Positions 45,001 to 54,830 of a stretch of DNA of 64,000 nucleotides are shown piece by piece (the stretch's first letter is position 1; each line of letters starts with the position of its first letter). A model generated the notes under the pieces. It did not search any database. It was not told the DNA's origin and saw only the letters and a program-made list of their open reading frames with translations. This DNA is from Balanoglossus misakiensis (lineage: Eukaryota; Animalia; Hemichordata). The translations under genes were made by a program, and so were the position numbers. The stretch spans positions 8,681,764 to 8,745,763 of the forward strand of contig CM082590.2 of assembly GCA_040954595.2 (NCBI GenBank), read 5' to 3'.

Positions 45001-47048
45001 ACACATAAACAACATTAAAGTTTAATTCTTTCATGTGTGTGGTTGAGTCTGGGATCATAGGACTGAAAACGATGCAATCATGTAGATATTGACCATTCAA
45101 CATTCTTTAAAGGGAAGGGGGTCGTCGCGCCGCGTGGGTGTCCCCCCTTGATGAGAATATGTCCTCCCATACCAGCACAAACCCCACTGCAGTCGCCACG
45201 ACTTACTAGGATCTTCAGTTGCTAGCTGTCATGCCCAGTCTACGCTACGGTTGGCTGCTTCGTTCATTCTAAGAATGATCTAATTTCAGAGATTTGTGGA
45301 TAAATTGTAATGTTTATAAACAAACAAATGCAGCGCGACGACCCCTTCACTTTAATGAAGTGATTCAAACCAGAAGCAACAGTTGACACACACAACGAAA
45401 ATACAGCAAATAATATTCAGAAGTTACAACTATTGTAGTTTTAACCCCTGCATCAAGACCATTGACCAGTTGACAGATCCAGACAGACCATTGTAACATT
45501 AACATCCCATGTCAAACGCCGATCACCGTTACCCTGACAACACCACACACAACCTGTCCAACAGCAATCAAATCCAGATAACCCTTTGACCCCCGCCATT
45601 TTAAGTGGATCTGTAGTGTTCTATGCAGGGGACAGTCCACTCACCGATAAAATAGGGATGGCAGGATTTATAGGTGTGAACTTGGATACAGAAATATTTG
45701 ATCGTAGTAATGACATCGTCGTCAAGGTTTTTTATTTTAATCGATTGCGCTGTTGCCATATTAAAGGTTACCTGAGTCTGGATACATACTTTATTGTAGT
45801 TTAGATAAGATTTTCAACAGTCCTTCAAACACAGACAAAAATTAAACAAGTACGTCTTATTTTTGTGCTTGATAGCTTCATTAAAAGTTAAATGGCCACC
45901 TGTATATAGTGGCCACTTTGTTACAGTCCCTGTGCAATTTACATGTACAGTCAAACCTGTGTTAGTGGCCACCTCTATATAGTGGCCACTTTGTTACAGT
46001 CCCCGTGCAATTTACATGTGCATTAATTGACCTGTCTATAAAGGCCACCAGTGACCTGTCTATAAAGGCTAGTTTAGGAAAGTCCCTTGACTGGCCACTA
46101 TAGACAGGTTCCACTGTACATTACTATCAAAACTGTTACTCACCAGATCTGGAACCAAGATGGCGGCCCTGTTGTCGTTGGCAACCTTCTCATTTAGTTC
46201 GAACGCATCTATCGTCTGCAAGAAAAGAATGAAACCACAGTTCAAAGTGTGCAGTGTACACCTGTGCTAATTAAGTCCACGCTCAAATCCAGACAGTCAT
46301 ACCAGAGATTTTAAAAAGTGGCAAGATTTAAGTTTAGTATTCCCAAGAATAAGATGATATCGAACTTGATACTGATGTGCATAAGCAAAGATATCATCAT
46401 GTAGTGAGAAATATTCTTCTGAAATGTAACCAGCAATATTACTAGTAGACTACTTTGATTTTTATAACACAGAAGAATGCCTTTCACTGTGATATATAAT
46501 AAAATATGCAAGACACAACATTACACTATACTATAATACAATAACTACTTAACAATACAATGCAAATAATACAAGACAATACAATACAATACACTATACA
46601 ATACAATACACAATACAATCCTCTTGTATGATAGAGATTTATATTTTGTAGTACAGTATTGCCAGTGTTGTATTTTACTGTAGTGTAGTGTAGCGTAGTG
46701 TAGTGTAGTGTAGTGTAGTGTAGTGTAGTGTAGCGTAGTGTAGTGAAGCGTAGTTTAGTGTAGCGTAGCGTAGTTTAATGTAATGTAATGTAATGTAGTG
46801 TAGTGTAGTGTAGTGTAGCGTAGTGTAGTGGCGTGTAATATAAAGTAGTAGTGTAATGTTGAGTATAAAATCTTAACATCTACCTTTGCTACTCTGGTTT
46901 TAATTTTATTCAACTCTTCTTGTGTTTCATCAGCTTGGCGCTTGGCCTTGGCCCGCGTCGTTTTATCGATGACCGCCTGGGCGGGGGCATCTCCGCGATC
47001 CAAGATGGACATCCCCGCGATGTGGGGACCGTGGACGTCAGCGCTCAT
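8564..47048 (-). CDS. Multi-exon FAM186A/B-like coiled-coil protein (about 1,711 aa if all candidate exons are used)
   Basis: Phase-consistent GT-AG exon chain on the minus strand: 46884-47048, 46144-46215, 43809-43937, 43411-43607, 43038-43123, 42685-42785, 41693-41860, 37766-37832, 31947-32053, (31423-31443, 30547-30564, 27623-27634), 27326-27433, 26667-26894, 24839-25090, 23588-23629, 21981-22014, 21551-21732, 20818-21054, 20219-20353, 19224-19307, (17970-18047, 17452-17475, 16672-16713), 15854-16094, 14819-15082, 14245-14308, 13840-13946, 13435-13542, 13072-13291, 12740-12787, 12161-12477, 11837-11913, 11385-11527, 10773-10938, 10148-10368, 9675-9811, 9137-9379, 8564-8754 (TGA). Bracketed exons are phase-0 optional candidates. 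The segment LVKKYTHHVQMKNIE...VFHLLDKMEALQNARAQRWNEKMDEMGEERMRLAHILMDTLTMIEEESGIFLIKP resembles the FAM186A/B C-terminal domain, and the N-terminal helical part resembles the FAM186 N domain (from memory, not searched). Confidence 0.8.
9917..10096. mobile_element. TA-flanked Tc1/mariner(pogo)-type MITE, family D
   Basis: TA-CAGTAAAACCTGTCTAAAC...GTTTAGACAGGTTTTATTG-TA. Copies lie at 10515-10688 and 61846-62025. Confidence 0.8.
10515..10688. mobile_element. Family D MITE copy
   Basis: Same TIRs and internal sequence as 9917-10096. Confidence 0.8.
11640..11800. repeat. (CT)n and (GTTT)n microsatellite
   Basis: Directly visible. Confidence 0.9.
17128..17466. repeat. Tandem duplication, 2 x about 170 bp, within a CATG/ATGAAC-rich low-complexity tract
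   Basis: TGATGAACATGAACACAACATGAA...ACATACTGATGT(A/G)ACTG occurs twice. Confidence 0.85.
19350..19704. mobile_element. Fold-back MITE, TTAA-AGGG termini (Kolobok/T2-type), family B
   Basis: TTAAAGGGACAAAGTCTCTCTCTCGCT...AGCGAGAGAGAGACTTTGTCCCTTTAA with long internal inverted arms. Related copies lie at 37572-37720, 43962-44183 and 59568-59762. Confidence 0.85.
21124..21356. mobile_element. MITE family C (TTAA-flanked, Kolobok-type)
   Basis: TIR TTAAAG(T/G)GAAGGGGTCGTCGCGCCGCG. A near-identical copy lies in the opposite orientation at 45107-45355. Confidence 0.85.
28446..29251. mobile_element. Non-autonomous PIF/Harbinger-like element (806 bp)
   Basis: TIR GGGACCGTTCAGTTTTTACGGC / GCCGTAAAAACTGAACGGTCCC, a TTA target-site duplication on both sides (28443-28445, 29252-29254), subterminal GACCCCCC repeats, and no transposase. 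Confidence 0.85.
37572..37720. mobile_element. Family B MITE, internally deleted copy
   Basis: Same left TIR and partial right TIR as 19350-19704. Confidence 0.7.
41906..42093. repeat. (CATA)n microsatellite
   Basis: Directly visible. Confidence 0.95.
43962..44183. mobile_element. Family B MITE copy
   Basis: TTAAAGGGACAAAGTCTCT...AGAGACTTTGTCCCTTTAA. Confidence 0.8.
45107..45355. mobile_element. MITE family C copy
   Basis: Reverse-complement match to 21124-21356, with TTAA at both ends. Confidence 0.85.
45946..46118. mobile_element. TA-flanked pogo-type MITE, family E (partial duplicate at 45893-45946)
   Basis: TACAGTCAAACCTGT...ACAGGTTCCACTGTA with TAGTGGCCA internal repeats. An inverted copy lies at 61045-61209. 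Confidence 0.75.
46678..46830. repeat. (TAGTG)n pentanucleotide microsatellite
   Basis: Directly visible. It is preceded by a degenerate (CAATA)n tract at about 46515-46620. Confidence 0.9.
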
Positions 47049-49009
47049 TCCGGACGACGACGAACGATGCGAGCTGTGACGCCGGATGAGTTGCTCATGG
47101 AATGAGTTGTACGGAGAAACGGATCACTTGGCCGGTCTATTTCTGAACTACAACATCAAAGGTCAAAGTTCACATACAAAAGTTCAAAGGGTATCTGAGT
47201 TCAAAGTTCAACGGCACCAAGTTTCAACGGTCTATTATCGTCCGTGATCCAATCAAATGCAAGTATGTTGGACACCTGAATGAAAGATAGAAGGTGAGAA
47301 ACGTTAGAAAATTAGGATATTAAATGAAAATTTAAGGTGTATTTTCTGTAACTTTCGTAACCATGGTTTCTTCAGCTCCCTGAGATGGGTCTACATTACT
47401 AGTCATAATTTTCCGTGACAAGAATCTGCCAAAGCGTCGTAAATGAGCAAAATAAATCAGTTTGAAACTGACAGAATTCCCGGGACATATCAGAAGCCTG
47501 TGTTTTGTGGAATGAGTCATACAAGATAGTGTTTGCCAAGGGGATGACATCTACCCCAACTGTACACTCATTAAACCACAGGGTCATTGCAAATTCCAGG
47601 AATGCTACGATTAAAAATATGATTGCAAATATCAATGGCCCAATATGTATACTTCCAATATTTTTAACCCAACAATTCCCATCCAAATAACTTGTGCGTA
47701 TGCATGTATGTATTTTTCATTCCCAACATTTGTTCTAGTACTCCTAAAATTTATTTGAAATGACCAGACTTTGACATAACTCATCGACCACTATGGTTTG
47801 GTCCAAGTTAACTGTTTTCTATTGTTAAGTTGGACCTCGACACAGGGAAAGGGGAATGGAAGGGTTAACCTCAATGTTTATACCATTTCCAAGAAAGGGC
47901 TCAAAGCTAAGTGTATGTATTTTGCCACTTCAGCCAGCTGGCTTAATTTGACATTCACTGAATCGTATCAAATCGATATGTACAGGAAATGATGTATTTA
48001 ATGTTAGCTGTGATATGTTGACAGGTGCTCTGTTGACAGACAAACATATTTCAGTGTTTGTGGACGGACACATACATGACTACTATATTTAAAGTAAATT
48101 TGTAAGGGGTAAAGGAGGGGAATGGCTGGGGGGGGGGGGTCCGGAGTGGAGAAGGGAATCTGAGGTCAATCAACTTTTAAAAGCGTCCTTCACAACGCAT
48201 CAAAAATTGGTGAACGATTATTAAAATTATTAGATTATTAAAAAATCTACAATTATAGTTATGTTACTGCCTTGAATTACTGAACTCGGCCATTATAGGG
48301 GCGCAGTCTTGAAGAAAAAACTGGATTGCGTTCATTTTCTTCAAGTACAATAGGTTTCACCGTTATGCGTCAAAGGTGTGAATGGTGTAAATTGGTAACG
48401 CTGAACTCACAAGTACACAGTGTCTCACACTCCAACGATTGTCTGTTTGAGGGTAAATAACTGGTTAACACGTATCAGATCGTCAGCTAAAGAACAGAAT
48501 TAGGTAATCCGATCTAGAGGAACACAGGATCGCGACAAATGTCGCGGTGTTTCCGAAACAAATCGCCGCTACCCGATCCAGCGACCCAACAATAAAGAAG
48601 TGTTTTCAGAGCGTCTATAATGACGTCGACCGGAACGGCAACAACGGTATATTTGTGCTAATTTAAGGTGCGCTTAGGGTTGTTTGCCAAGGGCAATTTC
48701 TGGAACTGGCCTAAATATCACATTTTAAGCCTCTGGTATTAAATGGCACGACCTTCGGCAGGGTTAGTGTACCACCAGAAAATCGATCGGCCCATTGATG
48801 AGTTTACGATCGTGGGACGTGATCGCTCGTCAACACTGGACAAATAGACCTATAATTTCTTACACACGCTCGTAATTTCTCTAATACTTACGTGAAGTGT
48901 GAAACTGCCTTTCTTCTTTCGGACGCGACAGTCTGTAAGGACCGAATGTTGTGATTAAAGTGATGATCGAGTTCAGAAAATGCCAGTACGCTGGTATTTC
49001 AATACACTG

Positions 49010-49130
49010 TCCGCCATGTTGAGCTCTTGAAAGGGCGAGATTGTGTAGTCACGTGACTCGGTTGCCTGGCAGCTCCAAGCCCTGCTAGTTCACGGCGCTC
49101 AGCAACAGGACGCCCAGTTGCCATGGATTC
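49010..49130 (-). promoter_or_regulatory. Putative promoter of the FAM186-like gene with RFX X-boxes and an E-box
   Basis: X-box-like GTTGCCTGGCAGC (49061-49073) and GTTGCCATGGATTC (49117-49130), palindrome GTCACGTGAC (49048-49057), and YY1-like AACATGGCGG at about 49011-49020. A downstream donor (GTAAGT) lies at about 48886-48891. Confidence 0.5.
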
Positions 49131-49943
49131 CCCCTTAGACGCGCACGCTATTGTTTTTAACAGATTTTAGGGCTTGGCCAGTTATTCCGGCCGGGGGTCA
49201 CCCTGGTTTTTAAATGCTGAGGTTGTTTTTTTGTTGAAAACGTGTACAAACTTAATATCAAACCACTAATTTTGAGGTAAATTTCATGGAATTCTCTTCC
49301 CTAAATTAAGTTTTCAGAAGTTTTAACCATTGCAATTTCATTTTCTTTCAGGTTTACGTCTGATTGGATAAAAGATTCGCCATACGAAGTACTGGATTCT
49401 CCAGAACGGTTCTGCATATTACTGAACATAGCCTGACTAGCTATCAACATCGGGATACAAATTATGCATAGTGACTGAGAGGATAGCCATTTTCCTGAGT
49501 TTACTTGAGGGGGGTGCAATAATGAGGGAAGGGGGAGGGGCAAAAGAGGGAGGATTTCTTAGGTTTATGTCTTTGTGGCAAGGATCTGCTTCAATACCAA
49601 GCTTAGAGGGCCCACTGATCAGTTTATTAGTCAAAGCCTGTTTATGTAGACGTCATATATGAACATTTTGGTGATATCACTTTCCATGGGACATACAATG
49701 AATCAGTGAAACAAGGGTGATTGTGGAATGGAGCTACTAAAGACAAAGATTCAACAAACATGTTTATCATTTAGAACATTTTTTAATGTTGATATATTAA
49801 ATATGTACAATTTACATTCTGTAATCTGTAAATTATCAATGGCACATATGCATTTGAGTTTATACAGCAGTCACTGTGGTACAAAATCCTTCAAGAATTC
49901 CTGCGATTGTTGAAAAATAGTCAGTGAGATGCAATGTCAAAGG

Positions 49944-50871
49944 TCAAACTAGATCATTAGCATAAGCTTTAGATTCGATTTTAGCGACCATTCTCCTGGC
50001 GTAGAAGTCTTTGTATTCTGGAGGAAGTTCGTCCAGAGTTTTCAAGGCTCTGTCCAATATCTGCATCGCTCTGCTTGCAGCTGACGGATCCTTGTTGCCA
50101 TAGAGATCTTTCTTCTCGTAGTACGACGAATCCAGCTGCCGCCAAAAGACGTTGACAGCGACGCCAAACTCCAGCGAGATCACGTTGTGGAACCACAAAG
50201 CTGGAATGAATAATATATCTCCCGGTTCAAGAACACATTCGTACCACGTGACTTCGGCAAATTTCGGGTATTTATCCAAATCGGGATTGTCTATAGCCAG
50301 AACTTCCGATTTATCCCCGCACAGGTACAGATTGGTCGCGTCTCGCGGGCTGAACAATACCGCCCTCTTGTGGCCGCTGACCTGAATCAGTATATTATCC
50401 ATTACATCATAGTGCGTCCAGAGTTGTATGCCTTGCGACGCGATCCTGAAAACGCTCGAGAAGAAATGATCATCCGCGAAAAAATGAGGAAATTTAATGT
50501 CTTCCGCGAGGGCCACATATTGTTTTCTTATATCCGCGACGTCTTTTCTCGTATCGTCTCCCAAAGATCGTAAATAGTATTTCTCCTCGGGGTCTATGAA
50601 ATATTCGCTCATCGAATGGCAACGTCCGATACAGAAAATTCTTGTTGATGAAATCCATTTGCGGTGACGGACTGACGTGAACTTTGACCTCTTGGCGTCC
50701 ACCGTGTCCGCAGAGATATTCCGCTGTCCATTTTTCCTTGCACGGACCAATATCCAGTCCTCGCAACACAACGGGAATTCGTCTTGGATAAATCCTTGTT
50801 TTAAAGTCTTCTTCAGTGACATTTTCGTGAATTTCCACCTCTATTTTGCGTTTGCACCAGTGACTAGACAT
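49944..50871 (-). CDS. TYW5: tRNA wybutosine-synthesizing protein 5 (JmjC hydroxylase); intronless, frameshifted in this sequence
   Basis: Two overlapping ORFs give TYW5. The first reads [22 protein letters not shown]...[27 protein letters not shown]. The second, in a shifted frame, reads [19 protein letters not shown]...[18 protein letters not shown]...[14 protein letters not shown]...[14 protein letters not shown]...YARRM. The JmjC HxD...H triad is intact. ATG is at 50871, TGA at 49944-49946, and the frame switch is at about 50608. A candidate AATAAA lies at 49623-49628. Confidence 0.93.
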
Positions 50872-51196
50872 AATCCATGAACTATCGATGATGTGGCAGA
50901 TCAAAGTTGACGAGTTGTTGCTTCATTAGATGAAATCTGAAGAATCTGAAAATGGAAGATGTAAAGAATGTTTATATTTTTTCATGATTTCTGACACGTA
51001 ATAAGGTGACATGAGATCTATAGACAATCTATGATTTTCTTAAGAAAATCACAAGCTGAATGTTATTAAACTAAGCACCTTAACCATTTTACCCCCAGTT
51101 CCCTCTATAGTGGTCCAAATCCTTCTATGGTTAAGTTGGACCTCTATACAGGGAACTGGAGATGGAAGGGTTAAGTTTCATTGACAACTATCAAAA

Positions 51197-51283
51197 GTTC
51201 CAGTCAGATACTATCTAGCCTAAGAAGGCCCATCATTGGAGGAGTTGCTCCTCACAGAATAAAGATATACATCACTCTGGAAC
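51197..51283 (-). ncRNA. Box C/D snoRNA copy 1; predicted guide for 28S rRNA 2'-O-methylation (yeast Um2347-equivalent)
   Basis: Minus strand reads GTTCCAG-A-GTGATGT(C)...GAGGAGCAACTCCTC hairpin...ATGATGG(C')...GCTAGATAGTA-T-CTGA(D)-CTGGAAC. There is a 7-bp terminal stem and an 11-nt guide complementary to the conserved LSU sequence UACUAUCUAGC. Confidence 0.85.
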
Positions 51284-51437
51284 ATGCAATTGGCCATACA
51301 ATGTATCAGAACGTGGCAACCTACCTATTGATATGCCCGATTCCTGGAGATATCCAACCAGATTTCACCTGAAATATAAAAGATAGTCTTGTGAAACGCT
51401 GATCACTGCCAAAAGATGGACATGTGGTTTGACTGTT

Positions 51438-51522
51438 GTCCAGTCAGATACTATCTAGCCTAAAAAGGCCCATCATTGAAGGAGTTGCTCCTCACAGATT
51501 AAAGGTATACATCATTCTGGAC
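51438..51522 (-). ncRNA. Box C/D snoRNA copy 2 (paralog of copy 1, same guide)
   Basis: Reads GTCCAG-A-ATGATGT...ATGATGG...GCTAGATAGTA-T-CTGA-CTGGAC. The terminal stem shows a compensatory change relative to copy 1. The 3' end lies about 70 nt upstream of a 3' splice site at 51369. Confidence 0.85.
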
Positions 51523-53724
51523 GGTGCAGAAAATTCACTATGGACAGAGGAACGGCTTTATAGACGGTGAGGGCGGTATAATGGTCATCTCGTGGTCATC
51601 GCCAATATTGGCCAGAGAACCCGTGTTTTTTGGGGTAGAGACTCTACAAGAGCTATTTTATCATCACCCTAGAGGACGAGTGAAGATTAAAGACAACGCA
51701 CGACAGCGCTCCGTTTCAAATAAGTTCCAAATTCACCCATGGCGACCGTGATAACGCCTGACCCACCCGCAATGTCTCCATCCAACACATGGTCTGGCCG
51801 TCGCCATTTTGAAACTGATTCGCTCGCCGGTATCAGTTGTCGATTTGAATGAAATATCCATCGTTTCACGTCTGCGTAGAATGGGAATATACGTCAAGCA
51901 GTTAATTACACTGACCACAAAACTAAACCACTACTTACTAGGATAAAATGTGAGCCACCAGTGCGTTGGCATCAAATACAGAGGAGCACACATCCACTGA
52001 CCACACACACATGCCGCACATGCACTTGTTGTAACACGACACAGAGGGCGCTCTAGAATTCCACGAAGGATTCAGGCCAATACCAGACATCATTACTCTG
52101 ATTGGGGTTAATTATTTGATTTCATCGTCCATGGAAATTTAAAAAATACATAGATAAATGACTGGATTACGTTTGTTACTTTTTTCAAGGTTTACCCCGT
52201 TACTTTTTAATGTTAATGGACTTTGGAAACATCTCACAGACAAGAACAGTAAGACTTTTTTTACTACAACATTACACGTCTCCGTGTTTGATGCCAGTTG
52301 TTACATCATGATTCAAATTTTGAGCATGAGACGGGATGCTGGTAAATTCACACGGGACATTGGCGTTCAACAACTGACATCACTTGATAACGTCATCACG
52401 ATGAAAAGTGTTGTTTTGGAGGCAGCAAAGAGAGACTGCGCGCAGTCTTGGGATGAAGGCGTGGGTTGATCGCCAGTTCGAAACACAGCAGTCGTAAAAT
52501 CAGACGCCCACCGCTTTTCGCACCCGGCAAAACCCGTGGGGAGTCATTTTGACACTGCAAACAGTACTTTAAACATTCAATAATCTTAAAGCGACCATTT
52601 GAACTTACAAACGCAAGGGGGAGAAACGTTTCTACGCAAAAATGTGGGAGTGTGTATACGTACTTGTCACCTGCCGACACCTTACTTACAACGTACGTTG
52701 GAGAAAACAAAAGTACAAAAAGACAAAACAAATGACAAAACAATAACGTCAGTGGCATTTCGCTCACTTTTTACCCTATTTGCGGTCTCTCTCTCTTTCT
52801 GTTTATTCTCTTCTCTCTCTCTTTAGAACTATTTCTTTCTTTTTGTCTCTCTCTCACTCTTTCTCCTCTCTCGCTCTCTCCTTCCCTCTCTCTATCATTC
52901 TCTCTATCCCTCCCTCTATCTATCATTCTCTCTATCCCCCCCCCCTCTCTCTCTCTCTCTCACTGTACGAATTTCACAGAAAAGTTGACCCACCCTTCCT
53001 ATAATTGCCACCTCCCAGTGTTGAAGGAACGCCCGAATAATCTTTCTCTTCACTGACAGAGATGTAACAGATCTCGACCGCACATCAAACAAGGGTGATG
53101 TCGGCTAGATTGGAAGCTGTCAACACTCCCGCCATATCAGCGATAAATCACATTCAATTATTACCCTTCAGTCGTCGAGGGGTGAGAGATTATGAACTCT
53201 GTAGTTTATCAGGTCACAGACTTGACAAAATCCGCGCTTGATCATGAATCTTGTGATGGTGTGAGTTTTTTGGGTCTGTGAGCATCTTCCCTTGTCAAGT
53301 CTACGTCTGTATTCGGCTGCACAGCTATGTAGATTTCGAAGAGCGTTGTACCTTAATTTTCTGTCTTTCAGTTCCTTGGTACTAGTCCCATAGGAGTATA
53401 TTTCCAGTTTAGCCGCATTCAGCGCCAGCCTTTCCAACACATGCGTCACCATGTGTAACACATGAAAACAAACCATTAGTGTATAAAGTTTTCATCAGAC
53501 TAGACTGTCCGAATATCTGGGGACAATCTGAGCCACCCGTTGCTAGGGTCAGCGCGAAACTTATCCTGCAGACTAACAACTTAGCAACCATTGCAATAAC
53601 TTGGCAACCTGGAGGCTACTGACTGATCCTTGACCTCTGTGATCAAACCAGTCGATAAATATACAGAACATGTATCAGTCACCGGATTATATATTTAAAA
53701 ATAAAAAATATGTATGTTGGCCTA

Positions 53725-53737
53725 TGTGTGTGTGTGT

Positions 53738-53801
<64 letters not shown>

Positions 53802-53866
53802 ACACACAGAGACAGAGAGACAGAGACAGAGAGACCGACAGATATATAATTAGATAGACAGACATT

Positions 53867-53922
<56 letters not shown>

Positions 53923-53958
53923 AAGAAAGAAAAGAAGAAAGAAAGAAAGAAAGAAAGA
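53725..53958. repeat. Compound microsatellite (GT)(GA)n(GATA)n(GAAA)n
   Basis: Directly visible. Confidence 0.95.
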
Positions 53959-54830
53959 ATTTCAAAGTACTGACAGATAATGTACTAAGTTTAGGCTATT
54001 TGTCTCTACACATTGAGAGTTGTCGGTCAATTAAAAATGTGTAAGATCATTAACATATCAAATTATGGGACACTCGGATGCGTTGATGATCACGTGAAAA
54101 TTATACAGGCATTTCATATCAATGCATGGTGCCATACTGTTGATGTAGGCTAGACGCAAGGCGATAGGCCAACGGTATCCCAGTAACCCGATTCTTCTCT
54201 GCCAAGAGTTTTAACATGGCAGGTCATAACACAAGTCTGTTAGCGGTCATTGAGGACACGACATCCGGGGAACTGGAGCTCTGAAATTGTCCTTACTGGA
54301 CAAGAGCAGTTTTTGCCGATTCTGACTGTTTTAGCACATAAGATGTGGTTACCATGGGCTACACCCAAACTGCACAGCGCGGTGATGATGAAGCCAGCTT
54401 CTCATATGACAAAAAACAACGATGAAAACAACGCCTACGTGTTCATTTTAGCCTGTAAAATATTAATGATCACGACTACAAGACGAAACAAAAATGAGAA
54501 CATCGGGTTCGAATATTTTACACGACGACTGACGAGTTCACGGTATCATGCGACGTCTATGCATACTGTCCTATTTCATGGTGTGAAGTCCACGGATATG
54601 GCGTCGTGAAACAGACATGCATATACTCCGTTTCCTCTTATTTTGTGGGCCAAAATGCTAGCTCAGAACCCAAATTATCAGACGAACACCATCACATGAT
54701 TTTAAGACAGTTAGTGTCGATATTATCCCAGTTATTCTAACGGTGCGAGCGCCCACTATAACAGTCTGGTGTGTTCGCAAAAGCACAGGCGAAAAAGGCC
54801 AATATAATGTAAAAACATAAATCTTTCAAG

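Larger units (their letters stand above)
50872..51890 (-). other. Spliced non-coding 5' leader of the TYW5/snoRNA-host transcript
   Basis: Candidate donor GG|GTGAAT at about 51737, a small exon at about 51325-51368 (tttcag|GTG ... ATAG|GTAGGT), and an acceptor ccattttcag| at about 50946 leading into the TYW5 exon. A YY1-like AAAATGGCG lies at 51802-51810 in a CpG-rich context. No coherent ORF is present. Confidence 0.5.

Noticed and set aside
50595-50625. Programmed ribosomal frameshift or tiny intron in TYW5
   Set aside because: About 11 conserved residues are absent rather than present in another frame. There is no slippery heptamer and no removable GT-AG intron, so a deletion explains it better.
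51540-51670. Third C/D snoRNA (GTGATGA on the minus strand at about 51661-51667)
   Set aside because: No matching CTGA box D with a terminal stem. The motif follows a pyrimidine tract and AG, so it looks like an exon start.
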